Below, one piece after another: positions 11,466 to 25,034 of a DNA stretch of 64,000 nucleotides (position 1 is its first letter; each line of letters opens with the position of its first letter). The translations under genes were made by a program, and so were the position numbers. The DNA comes from Hemiscyllium ocellatum (lineage: Eukaryota). The notes under the pieces were generated by a model. It had not been told where the DNA came from. It did not search any database and was given only the letters and a program-made list of their open reading frames with translations. The DNA lies in NCBI RefSeq assembly GCF_020745735.1, contig NW_026867442.1, positions 49,040-113,039 of the forward strand, given 5' to 3'.

Positions 11466-11744
11466 AGAGTCATTGATGTGAACAACATTGAATGAGGCCA
11501 TTTGGCCCATTGTGTCTGTGCTGGTAAACAGCGGTCTGATGACACTAATCCCATCCTCCAGCTCTTGGCCCGTTACCCTGGAGGCTACAGCAACACAAGG
11601 GAATATCTAAACACTGCTCCAATGTCACGAGAGTTTGTGACTCAACCAGCCTTTCAGGCAGTGAGTTCCAGACTCCCACCACCCTCTGGGTGAAAACATT
11701 TCTTCTCAACTCTCCTCTCACTCTCCAACTCGCCTGGCCATGGA

Positions 11745-12260
11745 CTCACTCGTGTTCAGAACGATGAGAGGGGATCTGATTGAAACATATAAAATTGTAA
11801 CAGGGCTGGGCAGGGAGGAGGTTTCCCCTGGTTGGGGAGTCTGGAACCAGGGGACACAGGCTCAGGGGGATACAGGGTAGACCATTTAGGACTGAGATGA
11901 GGAAACATTTCTTCACTCAGAGGGTGGTCAACCTGTGGAATTCGCTACCACTGAAGGCTGTGGAGGACAAGGAACTGAATATATTCAAGAAAACAAGAGA
12001 GATAATTGTTTTGCATTTTAACAACTTGAAGAGAATGGGGAGAAGGCAGGAATATGGCTTTGAGAGAGAGGATCAGCCATAGATCATAGAATGCCTACAG
12101 TGTGGAAACAGGCCATTTGGCCCGACAAGCCCACACTGACCCTCGAAGAAATTATGACATTCAAAAATTGATACAGCCATGATCATACTGAATGACAGAG
12201 CAGACTCAAAGGGCCGAATGGCCTACTGCTGCTCCAAGTTTCTACGTGTCCATGTCTGTG
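11745..12260 (+). mobile_element. CR1-type LINE 3' end with nested SINE tail
   Basis: MRKHFFTQRVVNLWNSLP motif; mirrored at about 41460-41830. Confidence 0.75.
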
Positions 12261-12479
12261 TTACCTTCAATCTCTGTACCAGGTTTTTAAGTCTTTTACT
12301 CATGTAAAAAGTGCCATCCTACCTACCCTGTCACTGTTCTGAATAATCTTATCCCTCTCTATCAGGTCCCTGTTAAGCCTTCACTGCTCAAAGCTCACAT
12401 TCAGGCAGCATCCTGGGAAATCTCCCTGTACCCTCTCAGGTACAATCACATTCTTCCCAGAGTGTGGTGACCAGGACCT

Positions 12480-13200
12480 GTCCCTCTCTCTCTCTGACTC
12501 ACATCTGCCATTTCTTTCTCTCTACCTCTACCTCTCTCTCCCACTGTTAATCTCTTTCATGTTCTCTCTCTCTCTCTCTCTCCCCTCTCTCTCTCACACA
12601 CACACACTCTGTCTCATAGCCACTCTCTCCAACTCACTGATGCTTTCTCACTCCATCTTATCATCTGTTTCTCCATCTCTCACTGTCTCTGTTACTCGCT
12701 CCCTCTCTCACTTCAATTAAAAGCCTCCAATTGTTATCTGTCACTCTCTATTCCTCCCTCTTTCTCTCTCCTTCCCTCTCGACCTCCCAATTTACAGTCT
12801 CTCTCCCTCTCTCTCTCTGTCATTATAAATCTACCCATACTCATCTCTCTCTCTCACACTCAACTCTACCCTCCCTCTCAACTCTCTTCATGCTTTGTCT
12901 CACACCCATCCTGTCTCTCTCTCTCTCTCTCTCTCTTGTCTCTTTCTCTCTCTCCATCCCTCTCAGTCACACTGTCTCACATCTTGTTTCACTCTCTATC
13001 CCTCAGCCTCACCATTTCTACCTCCCTCTAACTCTCTCGGTCCCCTCACATATCTTACACCGTATCAGATGCTCGTCCCTCTATCTCTCTCTCTCACTTT
13101 CTTTCTTTCTTTCTCTCTCTCTCACTCACACACACACGCACGCCCACACTCACTATTTTTCCCTCCATCTCTCTCTGCCTCACTGCTCTCTCTTTCTGAC
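12480..13200. repeat. CT-rich low-complexity tract upstream of V1
   Basis: Dense (CT)n and (CA)n runs; mirrored as a GA-rich tract at 40730-41190. Confidence 0.9.
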
Positions 13201-14019
13201 AGTGTCCTGGGTGGTGACAGTTGAATGCAGGATAAATCTCCCTCTGCTCTGCCCCACTAATGGATGTTAACCCTTGACCCCTGTCTTCCCCTGGAGTAAG
13301 GCCCTATTTCCACGTTGACCAGGGTTTGGCCTCTCTCAGGAAGATGCACAGATTCTGGTCAAATGAAGGGCAGTTCTGTGCTGTTCTGTGCTGTTGGCCT
13401 ATTCTCACTGGGGACTGATTTGGACACAAAGCTCATTCCATGAAGGCCTAGCAGAGAGAGGAGATCCTCAGGCCATCAGCGTGAGTTGGAGGCACAGGAC
13501 AAGCTCTGACCCACTGACCCATCCTGTCCATTCACAACATGTTCCAATCCCTTCCCCTCTCCTTCCCCTTCCATGGTCAGTCTTTTCTGAAATGGAGTGG
13601 TCCCTTCCCTGTCTCACACCAAGGAGGAGATGGACAGATATTTAATGGGTAATGGGTTAAAGGATGATGGAGAGTGGGCAGGAAAGTGGAGTTGAGTCTG
13701 AGATGGGATCAGCCATGATTGTATTAAATGGTGGAGTGGGCTCTAGGGGCTGAATTGCCTGCTCCTGCTCCTAGTTCTTATGTTCCTCCACCCCCTCCCC
13801 CATCCCTCTTACTGCAACTTTGTGAACATTCTTGGAATGTTTGGACATTGAAGGAGTTATGTGAATTCAAGATTTGTGTGGATTTAATGTGGGGACAGAA
13901 TTGCACACGGGCTGTGATAGCTCCTGCGGTTGAATATCCTGCTGGCAGGCTTCCGCCTTCCATATACAGAATGGGGAAGTGGGGGAGGTGGGAATGTACT
14001 GCCGGGGTACACGGCACTG

Positions 14020-16150
14020 TCCTCTAGCAATGTGGTTGACTCTCTAGTGCCCTCTGAAATGGCCGAGCAAGGCTCTCAGTTTTATCAATTGTGACAATGT
14101 TTCAACAAAGAAATGAGACCGGACGGACCACAGGCATCGATCTAGACACCGAAAAGACAATGACAGAAACAGTCCTGTCTACCCTGCTCTGTCCTCCTTA
14201 CTGACATTTGGGAGTTAGTGCCAAATTCAGGAGAGCTGTCTCACAGACTAGTCAAGCAACAGCCTGACACTGTCATACTCACAGAACCATACAGACAATG
14301 TCCCAGACACCACCATCACTGTCCCTGCATGTGTCCTGTCCCACCAGAAAGGCAGACCCAGCAGAGCTGATGACACAGTGGTCTTAAGCCAGAAGGGAGT
14401 TACCCTGGGAAATCTCAAAGCTGGCTCTGGACCTCATGACACCAGGTTAAACATGGGCGAGGAAACCTCCTGGTGATTACAAGATATCTTGCTCCCTCGG
14501 CTGATGAATCAGTCTCTCCTGGGTGTTGAACAACATTTGGAGGAAGCACTGAGGGTGATGACAGCAGAGAGTGTACTCTGGGTGGGGGGTTTCAATGTCC
14601 ACCACTGAGAGTGGCTCGGCAGCAGCATTACTGATCGAGCTGGTTGGTTCCTCATGGGTGTAGCTGAGGGACTGGCTCTGCAGCTGGAACCAAAAGATGG
14701 AAAAAGATGCTTGACCCCATCCTCACCAATCTTGTGGCTGTAGATGCATCTGTCCTTGACAGTGTTGGTAAGAGTGACCATCACACAGTCCTTGTGGAAA
14801 CAAAGTCTGACCTTCACATTGAGAATCCCCTCCATTGTGTTGTGTGGTACTATCACCGTACTAAATAGGACAGACTCCAAACAGATATTGCAACTCAAGG
14901 CAAACTCGTAAATGGGGATGATTGCCAAAGATTGCATAATGCTCAGCACTCTTCTCAACTCCTCAGATACTGAAGCAGTCCACGTGCAAATGCAACAATA
15001 TCTGGACAATATCCAGGTTTTGTCTGAGAAGTGACATTTCCCATTGGTGCCATGCAAATGCCAGCCAATCACCATCACCAATAAGAGACAAACTTAACAT
15101 CGCCCCTTGACAATCAATGCTATTACCATCACTGAATCCCCACGATCAACATTCTTGAGGTGCCATTGACCAGAAACACAACTGGATTCACCAAAGAAAC
15201 ACAGTGGTTACAAGAGCAAGTTAGAGGCTAGGAATACTGCATCCAGTAATTCAACTCCTGATCCCCCAAAGCCTGTCAACCAAGTCAGGAGTGTGAGCAA
15301 ATACTCCCCACTTGCCTGGACAGGTGCAGCTCCAACAACATTCACAGAGTCATACAGCACAGGAACAAACCCTTAAGCCAAACTTCTACATGCTGACCAG
15401 GTTTTCTGAAGTGAACTCATCTTATTTGCCTGCATTTCACACATATCCCTTGAAACCTTTCCTATCTATGTCGATTGTATCCTATGTCTTTCTTATCCAC
15501 TCAAAAAGCTTGATACCATCCAGAGCAAAGCAAACTCCTTGATTGGCATCGCATTCTCAAAGCATCCAAACTCACCGTCACTGACGCTCCATAGCAGCAG
15601 TGTGTATTATCGATAAGATGCACTGCAGAAATTCATCACCGATCTTCAGATAGCACCTTCCAAACCCATGGACAAAAATAGAAATTGCAGGAAAAGCTCA
15701 GCAGGTCTGGCAGCATCTTGGAGAGAAATCAGAATTAACATTTCGGGTTGAGCATGAAATATTAACTCTGATTTCTCTTCACAGATGCTGCCAGACCTGC
15801 TGAGCTTTTCCAGCACTTTCTATTTTTGTCTCAGATTTACAGCATCTGCAGTTCTTTTGGTTTCCCTCCAAACCCACGTTCACTTCCATTTAGAACAAGA
15901 GCAGCAGATACATGGGAACACTGTGAGCTGCAAGTTCCCCTTGAAAAAGCTTAGCATCCGGACTTGGAAATACGTCGCTGATCCCTCAGCCTTGCTGGGT
16001 TAAAATGCTGGCATTGTGGGTCAACTTACAGCTTGTGGACGATAACAATTCAAGATGGCAGCTTCCCACCATCTACTCCAGGGCAACTAGGGACAGGGTA
16101 AAAAATGTTGGCCCAGCCGGTGAAGCCCACTTCCCACAAGTGAATATGCA
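14020..16150 (+). mobile_element. Decayed non-LTR retrotransposon of a second family (APE endonuclease plus RT remnants)
   Basis: Remnants resembling EQHLEEALRV..VLWVGGFNVHH; related same-strand copy at about 36980-37380. Confidence 0.6.
15671..15866. mobile_element. Fold-back insertion (pLTR-like) with 12-bp TSD
   Basis: GGAAAAGCTCAGCAGGTCTGGCAGCATC and its inverse; TCCAAACCCATG (15659-15670) and TCCAAACCCACG (15867-15878). Confidence 0.65.
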
Positions 16151-16419
16151 AAACCAAATGAAGTGTCCCTCAGGAGGGGAGAGGGAATGTTCAGGATCCT
16201 GAACTCCATTTCCCAGCCCAGGCAGTTTGTCTCCCAATGAATGAATGAGATGCCAATTTGAAGCCCAGGTTCAGGGCAGTCTCACTCTGTGGACATGAGG
16301 TCTATAAGAGGGAATTGGAGATTGAGCTGTAAAGGAAAGATTTGCTGGGTTATGGGGAGAGAGAGGGGAGCAGTGGGATTCACTGGGTCATTCAAAGGCA
16401 TGATGGGCTGAATGGCCTC

Positions 16420-16680
16420 CTCCTGTGCTGTCAGATTCCAGGGAGTGCAGACAGTTTACAGTTTTCTCCCATCTCAGTAACAAACACCCAGCTGCTCCAA
16501 GCTCTTTCTTTCACTTCCTCTCTTGATGAAGTTTCAACCTTGTGCTCTGACAGTCTTTGCATTTATTTTTTACACTGGGGCTTTCTGCTGTGGTCAGAAT
16601 CTCTAATAATAAGTGTTCAATCAGTGACAATCACAGCAGCTAAGAGCAGTCAGGACTGAGGAGCCAGGCTCACTGGGAAA
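16420..16680. promoter_or_regulatory. Conserved non-coding island, candidate B-cell enhancer (copy 1)
   Basis: About 95% identical to inverted 36480-36735; PU.1-IRF composite TTTCACTTCCTC 16509-16520, E-box 16489-16494, RUNX TGTGGTC 16589-16595. Confidence 0.5.
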
Positions 16681-16689
16681 CACATTGGG

Positions 16690-17150
16690 AAGATCAAAGC
16701 CATCCTCTTCAGCTCCTGGTACAAGCTCCATCCCTCTCCCTGAGCACTGTCTGCTGCTCAACCAGACTCTTTACAACTTTGGCCTCATCTTTGGGGCTGA
16801 TTTGAGGCCCAAATCCTCCACATCACAATTATCAGCCACTGAAAATCTCAACCATGTTTTTGTGACCATTCCAATGATATCCAGGCCCACATCACAGCCA
16901 CTGACTTCCGTAAACATCAGCTCATCCCAAACTCTGCTGTCTGTTTTCAAACTCACACCAAGTCCACCCCATACCCCTGCCCAAACCTCCCCACCCCACC
17001 ATGACCACCACAATCCTCACTGACTGACATAAGCTCCTGGTCCAGCAACACCTCGATTTTTAAATTCTCATCCTTGTTCTCAATCTGCTCCCTGTTCTTC
17101 CACCCTCCCTATCTCTGTGACCTCCTCCAAGCTGCCTCACTCAGTGTGAT
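16690..17150 (+). mobile_element. L2-like LINE relic
   Basis: Mirror copy 36020-36470 encodes LQLIQNSAARI, an L2 RT C-terminal motif. Confidence 0.6.
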
Positions 17151-17349
17151 CAATAATCTTGGATATATGGCTCTCTGTTTCTTCATCCAAATCATTGAGA
17201 AATATCGTGAAAAGCTGAGGTCCCAGCACAGATCCCTGGGAATACCACTACTCACATCTGTCTCATTGGAACACACGCACATTATCCTTCCTCTCTGTCT
17301 CCTAGACAGACCCATTCCTGACCCAAGGTAAATGCATTTCTCAAATTCC

Positions 17350-17500
17350 ATCCAATTCCATGATTTGGAGATGCCGGTGTTGGACTGTTATGTAAATGTT
17401 AAAAATCACACAACACCAGGTTCTAATGCAACAGGTTTGTTTGGAAGCATTAGCGTTTGGAGCACTGCTCCTTCATCAGATGGTTGTGGAGTGTAAGATC
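17350..17500 (-). mobile_element. Penelope-like pLTR fragment
   Basis: AAAAATCACACAACACCAGGTT..GGAGCACTGCTCCTTCATCAG; degenerate hammerhead core on the minus strand. Confidence 0.65.
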
Positions 17501-17919
17501 TGAACCAATGCTTCTTTTGTGGAACATACTTAAATGTTTTTTGGAAGTCCCGATAGACAATAGCCATCGACATTCCCTTATATCCCAAACTAATGAGCTC
17601 CTAACAAAGTGTAATCCGGTTATTTAAAGATGTCTGAACCTTTGTCAATCCAGGCTGTCTCTCTCGGACCAGTTCATATTTGTCCGTTATTCTGCCTCTA
17701 AAAACAGACTCAATCACTTCCTGACAACAGACATTCAATGGAGATGTTCATTGTAATTGAGGCTCGTAAACAGCTAGCACTGACACGAGGAGCTGAACAG
17801 CCTCCTCCTGTGCTGGCATCTTCTCTGTCTCCTTGACGGAAATATTTTACAGATTAAAAACTAAAGACCAGCAGCAAATTTTAAAATATAAATTAAAATC
17901 TCCTCAAATAATTTCCACA

Positions 17920-20900
17920 TACAGGGCCGGGCGATGTGTAGTAATTGCACAATGGGGAAGGTGGTGGAGCCCATTGTAGCTCAGAGTGACCACATCTACA
18001 GCAAGTGTTGGTTGCTCAAGACACTCCAGCTCCGAGTTGATGAGCTGGAATCTGAGCTTCAAACACTGCGACACATCAGGGAGGGGGAGAGTTACCTGGA
18101 CACTGTGTTTGGGGAGACAGTCACACCTTGTAGGTTAAATACTTCAAATTATGGCCAGTGGTCAGGGACAGGAGGGTGTGACCAAAAGTGAACAGGCCGA
18201 TGCAGCCTGGATTTAGCCTTACAGGTGCCTCAGCTCCTTGTCCAACAGGAATGAGGTACTTGCTCCCTGTGTCAATGAGGAAAAGGATTGTCGGGAGAAT
18301 GGGCAAATGTAGTTTGAGGATTTTGGTGATAGTGACCATAACTCTGTAAGTTTCAAAGTCATTATATAAAAAGATAAAGATAGGGCAGAAATTATAATGT
18401 CTAAACTGGGGAAAATGTAGGGATGTGTAGGTTAGGTGCATTAGCCATGGGAGATGCAGATTTACAGGGATAAGGTAGGGAGACAAGTCTGGGTGGGATG
18501 CTCTTCAGAATGTTGGTGTGGACTCATTGGTCTGAATGGCCTGTTTCACACTGTATGGATTCTATAATTCGATGACTCCTAAGGGCAGTCATTGCTGGCT
18601 TGGCCAGAGATGTCCATTTCCTATGAATGAATGAAGGAAACCACTGCACCATGGTCCAGGAGACCACTCAGATTGGGGGAGCATAAAGAAAAGAGGGGTC
18701 TTGATAATGAGGGGAACTGATAGCATCCTTTGTGAGCAGGATTGAGAGCCCCACATGGTGTGTTTCCTGCCTGGTTTCAAGGTAAGGGCATCTCGAGCCG
18801 GCTTTTAAGTATAACAGACCTGGGGGTGGGGGGGGGGGGGGGGTTGAGGATCCAGTTGTTGTTGTCTGTGTTGGGACCAACAACATCAACAAAAATCGGC
18901 AAAAGGCCCTATTTGGACAATATCAGGAAAGCTATCAGAAGGATATTGATTAGACAGATGGAGAGAAATAAGAAAGAGGTGAATACAGCATCAGTGCTGA
19001 GGAACAGATTCCAGTGAATGGACCAAATACGAGTTCTATATCCGAATGCACGGAGCGTAAGGAATAAATACAATAATCTGCAGGCACAAATTCAAATTTA
19101 AGATTGTGGTATCGGATCAATTACTGAGCCATAGTTGCAGAATCATTCAGATTGGGAACGATATCTATCGGGTTAGAAGGTTCACAGGATGGATATAGGG
19201 AAATGGCAGAAGAGGTGGAGCAGCTTCATTGATGAGGGAAAAAATGGCTTCAATGGTGAGGGAGGTCATAATGAGGAGAAAACATTCAGTGGGACTGAGG
19301 AGCAGGAAAGGATCGAAAACTGTAATAGATGTTGGATACAGACCCCCCTGACAGCAGCTCTGAGGTGCTGGATTATATAAATGGAGGAATTAGACAAGTG
19401 TGTAGCAAAGCCAGTGTATTATTAATGGGGAAGTTTAACTTTAACTTAGATTGGGAGACAGACAAGCCCTCTGTCAGAAAGGTAGTGAATTGCTGCTGTG
19501 TGTCCAGAATAGTTTCCAACAGCAATAGGTCCTGGATACAACAAGGGGACAAGCAATATTGGAATTAGTAATGAATAATGAGCCAGATTTAGTTTGTAAC
19601 TATTTGTGCATGAACATTTATCAAATAGTGATCATAACATGATCTAGTTCAGTGTCGCATTTGAAAGTAAAAAGCATGAATCAGCTGCTAGAATTTGAGA
19701 TTAAGGTAAGGGCTGATTTTAACGAGATGCGACAGAGACAGTCCACAGTAAACTGGGAAAATCTGCTCATGGGTAAAACAACTGAAGAACAGTGGGGAAT
19801 ACTTAAAGGAACATTCAGCACAAAACAAAGCCAGTTTATACCTGAGAGGGAAAAGCGAACAAACAACAATGGTCAATTAAAGAGATAAGGGAAAGAATAA
19901 AATGTTTAAAAAAGGCTTACAGAAAAGCCCAAAAAAAAGGACAGATTCCGCTGAATGGGAAGGATACAAAAGGGCCTCATATCAGCTTCTAAGAGCTACC
20001 ATAAGGGATTCTGAAAGGAAACATGTAAGGGATAACAAAATCAATAAGGAGAAATGTTACAGTTCCATAAAAGCGAAACTGGGAGGTCAGGAGCAATGTT
20101 GGCCGTTAAAGACTGAAAGTGACAATGGGGAAATGACAGCCATGTTAAATAAATACTTTACCTCAAGATTTGCAGCAGAAAAGGAAGAGGACTTGCCTGA
20201 AGTCCCAAAGGAATTAACAGAGGATCTGTGTCAGGGACTGATTAGATTCCCTGCAGTGTGCAAACATGCCTTTTGGCCCAACCAGTCCACACCGACCCTC
20301 CGAAGAGTAACCCACCCAGACCCATTTTCCCTCTGACTAATGCACCTAACGCTATGGGCAATTTAGTATGGCCAATTCATCTGACCTGCACATCTTTGGA
20401 TAGTAGGAGGAAACCCATGCAGACAATGTGCAAACTCCACACAGGCAGTTGCCCAAGGCTGGAATTGAACCTGGGACCCTGGTGCTGTGAGGCAGCAGTG
20501 TTAACCACTGTTTCACCTGAATAAAGTTAATGTCAATAGAACATGTGTAATAAGGAAAATAATGGAACTAAAGAGTGACAAATCCTCAGGACCTGAGGAT
20601 GATAAAGTAGTCATAGACCACATTGCAGACACCCTGACTATAATCTTTCAGAGTTACCTGGATTCAGGAGTCGTACCTCTGAATTGGAAAATTGCAAATT
20701 TCATTTCACATTTAACAAGAATGTTAGAGAAAAACCAGGGAATTACAGGTCACGAAGCCAACGTTTGTGGTGTGGAAATTGTTGCTGTCTATAATCAAGG
20801 ATGGGGGTAACTGAAGACCTTGAAAATGGTCAGTTAATCAGGGAGAATCAACATGGATTCATGACAAGTTGGTCATGGTGAAAAAAACTCATTGAACATT

Positions 20901-21250
20901 TTTGAAGAGGAAACAAAATTACTGGACACAGTAATGTCAATGGATGTTGTTTATAGGGACTTCCAGAAGGCATTTGATAAAATCCCATGTAAGAAACTGT
21001 CAACTCAGTTAGAAATCCACAGAATTGAGGCTAAAATACTGCCATACCGAAATTGGTTGACAGGTGACAGAAAATAGGGATCATGGATAAGTGCTGAAAT
21101 TGGCAGGATGTGACAAGTCGTGTCTAATAGGAATGTGTGCGCACACCTCAATTATTTACATTATTTATTAATGCATTGGATAATGGCATAGAAAGTCAGA
21201 TACTCTAGTTTGCTAATGACACAAAGTTAGACAGCTTTGTAGGTAGTGTT
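17920..21250 (+). mobile_element. Decayed CR1 ORF1 and ORF2 fragments with nested SINEs
   Basis: CSKCW..LQLRVDELESELQTLRHI-type ORF1 (17934-18191); MDVVYRDFQKAFDKIP RT motif (20892-21077). Confidence 0.75.
20240..20518 (-). mobile_element. HE1-like tRNA-derived shark SINE
   Basis: tRNA-like head (CAGTGGTTAACACTGCTGCCTCACAGCACCAGGG), central TGTGTGGAGTTTGCACATT domain, LINE-derived tail. Confidence 0.8.
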
Positions 21251-22229
21251 CATAGAGTCAGAGAGTCAGCATTCATCCAGTGCAATCTTTAACAGAGTAT
21301 AATTTATCTTTGACATAGAACTCCTTGACTCCATCTCTCTCACTCATTCTCTCTCCCCACCCCTCTCTAACTCAGCTGCATAGATCTCACTCTGAGTTCA
21401 ATTCCTCTTTCTCTGTCCAAGCTCTATCCCCCTCTCTCTTAGTGCTCCATCTCTCTCTCTCTCTCTCCCTGTGCTCCATCTCTCTCTCTGTCTCTCTCTC
21501 TCTCTCTCTCCCCCTGTGCTCCATCTCTTGCTCTCTAAGCCGTATCCCTCCCTCCATTTCAGCTGCTGGGAGTTCGATCTGAGCCAATGCCAGTGAATCC
21601 CATGGAGAATAATGACGGGATATTTGGAGTGTGAGTTTGATGATGTAAATGTGAACCATTGCAGCAAAGACATTACAGATGGTTTGTACGATCAGCACAG
21701 CCCAAACCAGAGCATTGTGTCAATCAACACAGAACTAATGAAAGCTTCAATAAAATAATTATAAATGCGATTCTCAGAGATATCATTATTCTAGTTACAA
21801 ATGGCTGTTTCTCAGTGAAGATCCATCCTGCTGAATATTAGATACAGCTGGGCTTTGAAGAAATATTGGGCAGATGGAGTGTAATGTGGGGGAGTGTGAC
21901 CTTGTTCACTTTCACAATAATCATTCAAATGTGACTGGAGAGTTGTTAAGTCCACAGAGCAAAACTTGCCATTGGGTATAATCCATTAGGTGTGATAAAT
22001 ACAGAAACTCGCTTCGTTCTAGTTATCAGTGAGTTCTTGTCAACATCCTTTTAACAAATCAATTTTATACAAGAATGACATACAACAAACCCTCTCTATA
22101 CAACCTTCTCAGCTGGGAATAGGGCATCCCATATGCCTTCTTCACCACCCTGTCTAGCTATGCTGATAACTTCCGGGATTGATGGAGTTGTACACCAAGG
22201 TCCTTTTGTTCCTCAGTACTCCCAAGGAA

Positions 22230-23900
22230 CATAAGAACATAAGAACTAGGAGCAGGAGTAGGCCATCTGGCCCTTCAACCCTGCTCTGCCATTCAATAAG
22301 ATCATGGCTGATCTTTTCATGGACTCAGCTCCACATTAGACCATAAGACAAAGGAGTGGAAGTAAGGCCATTTGGCCCATCGAGTCCACTCCGTCATTCA
22401 ATCATGGGTGATGGACATTGAAGGACAGTTACCCGCACTCTCCCTGTAGCCCTTAATTCTGTCCAAGATTAAGAATTTATCAATCTCTGCCTTGAAGACA
22501 TTTAATATTTCAGCCGCCACTGCGCTCTGTGGCAATGAATTCCAAAGGCCCATCACTCTCTAGCTGAAGAAATGTCTCCTCAGTTATGTTTTAAACTGAC
22601 CCCCTCTAACTCTAAGGCTGTGCCTACGGGTCCTAGTACTCCCACCTAATGGAAACAATTTCCCAGCATCCACCCTTTCAAAACCATGCATCATCTTGTA
22701 AGTTTCTATTAGATCTCCCCTTCTAAAGTCGAATGAATACAATCCCAAGATCCTCAGCCATTCATCATATATTAGGATTACCATTCCAGGGCTCACCCAT
22801 GTGAATCTCCACTGGACACGGCCCAGTGTCAATATGTCCTTCCTGAGGTGTGGGGCACAAAAGTGGACTAAATGGGGCCTAACCAGAGCTTTATAAAGTC
22901 TCAGTAGCACATCTCATTTTACATTCCAACCCTCTTGAGATAAACTGGAGAAAGTGAGGACTGCAGATGCTGGAGATCAGAGCTGAAAAATGTGTTGCTG
23001 CAAAAGTGCAACAGGTCAGGCAGCAACCAAGGAGCAGGAGAATTGATGTTTCAGGCATAAGCCCTTTTTCATTCCTGCTGCGCATTTTCAGCAACACATT
23101 TTTCAGCTCTTGAGATAAATGACAATATTACATTTGCTTTCTTAACCACGGATTCAACCTGCAAGTTAACCTTTAGAGAATCCGGGACTAGCATTCCTCG
23201 ATCACTTTGTACTTTGGCTTTATGTATGTTCTCACCGTTTAGAAAATTGTCCATGCCTGTAGTCTTTTTTCTGAAGTTCAAGACTTGGCATTTACTCTCA
23301 CTGTATCTCTTAATTCCTTTATTGTTCAAAAAATCTACTTAGCTTTAAAACATTTACTGAAGTAGCATCAATTTCTTCATTGAGCAAGGAATTTCATAGA
23401 TTTATGACCCTCTGGGTAAGAGGTTCCTTCTCAATTCAGTCCTAAATCTGCTCCCCCTAATTTTGAGGTTAAACCCTCTTGTTTTAGTTCCACCTGCCAG
23501 TGAGGACATCCTCTCTACTTCTGTCTTATCTATTCTCTTTATAATTTTATTTGTTTCTATAAGATTCCCCTCATTCTTCTAAGTTCCAATGAATAGATCC
23601 CAGTCTACACAGTCTCCCTTCATAAGCGAAACCCCTCCACCCCAGAATCAGCCTGGTGAACTTTCTCTGCACCCCTCTAGTGCCAGTATTGCCTTTTTCA
23701 AGTAAGGAGACCATTACTGCATGCAGTACTCCAGGTGTGGCCTCACCAGCACCCTGTACAGCTGCAACATAATCTTCCCGCTTTTTGAACTCAATCCCTT
23801 TAGCAATGAAGGACAAAATTCCATTTGCCTTCCTAATTGCTTGTTTTATCTGTAGACCAACCCTCTGTGATTCATGCATAAGGATACTCAAGGTACATGC
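22230..23900 (-). mobile_element. CR1-type LINE 3' portion
   Basis: LLRLYKALVRPHL (22584-22910) and LQIKQAIRKANGILSFI (23571-23891). Confidence 0.85.
22945..23106. mobile_element. Penelope-like pLTR fold-back insertion with 13-bp TSD
   Basis: CTCTTGAGATAAA at 22932-22944 and 23107-23119; arms GAGCTGAAAAATGTGTTGCTG and its inverse. Confidence 0.75.
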
Positions 23901-23999
23901 CTTTCATTGTGTATATCCTTCCCTTATTAGACCTCCCAAGTTGGATCACCTCAGAGGTATCAGGATTAAATTACATCTGCCATTGCTCTGCCCAATATC

Positions 24000-24850
24000 A
24001 GACTGTAGCCTGAGACCCGGTAATCCAAGATGGCCGCAGAGTCAGACACTTCAGAACGAGTTCATCTGCTCCGTCTGTTTCCTTTTCTTCTTTCTATCCC
24101 ACTTCTCTTTTCATTTTCTTTTGTGTTTTTCTTTTGTCCTTCTCCCTAATTTCTTCTCCCGGACTCGGACTCCCAGCCTCAGTCACCAGTCCTCTGACCC
24201 AGTGCAGACCTAATGATGTGGCCTCTTGGCTTGATGTGGCAGTGTCCTGGCCTGGCAAGGAGACCTTCCAGAGCTGAAAATGTGTTGCTGGAAAAGCGCA
24301 GCAGGTCAGGCAGCATCCAAGGAGCAGGAGAGTCGGCGTTTCCGGCATGAGCCCTTCTTCAGGGATACCTTCCAGCCCAACGAGGCAGTCCAACATGATG
24401 GCCTCTGTTTGATGTGGTGGCCTCTCAGCCCAGCGTGATGGTCACTCGGCCTAGTGTAGCGATCTCTGAGTGGCCCAGAGTGGTTCTCTCTCAGCCCACA
24501 TAGTGGTCCTTTCTGTATATGGTGGTCTCTCCACCCGGGAAGGCCTCAGCGTGGACTTCCGGTCTCGAGATGATGACTTAAAGAATAATCCCATGGTAGC
24601 TAAGTTCTTAAGAAATGCTGTAATGTTTGAACTTTCAGCTTTATTTCTTCATTTTCTACTTAAAACTAAAAAAGATCTGCAACGTGTAACCTTGAACTTT
24701 ATTCTTTCTTTCTACCTTGTTCTTACGATTCTGTACTGAGGTCCTTGTACCTAAGATGGCGCCTTGTGAGGTGACGTTACATACTTTTCACTGTACTCCA
24801 ATACTTTTGCAATCGAGAACACGTGACAATAAACTTAAATAAAAATCAAA
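24000..24850 (+). mobile_element. Probable non-autonomous retroelement with a nested pLTR fragment at about 24270-24365
   Basis: Tail TTTCACTGTACTC..CACGTGACAATAAA..AAATCAAATC resembles Rex/Babar-type LINE ends (from memory); nested CUGAAGA..GAAAC core on the minus strand. Confidence 0.4.
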
Positions 24851-25034
24851 TCAATATCAATAACACCACCAATTTATGTGGCCTCTGAAAACTTTCTAAT
24901 TTTACAATCACAGTCAATTTGTTAATGTACATTACAAACAGCAAGGGTCCCAGCCCCAGTCCCTGTCTTACACCACTGGTCACAGGCTTCCAATCACAAA
25001 GACAACCCTCCACCATCACTCTTTGCCTCATATT

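Noticed and set aside
12731-13270. Leu/Ser-rich ORFs here and at 40661-41104
   Set aside because: Translation of CT/GA low-complexity tracts
14200-14900. Similarity to 36980-37380 as part of the inverted duplication
   Set aside because: Both copies are on the same strand, so they are independent insertions of one LINE family
20440-20518. tRNA genes here and near 46500 and 56230
   Set aside because: These are tRNA-derived SINE heads joined to SINE bodies, with no complete cloverleaf
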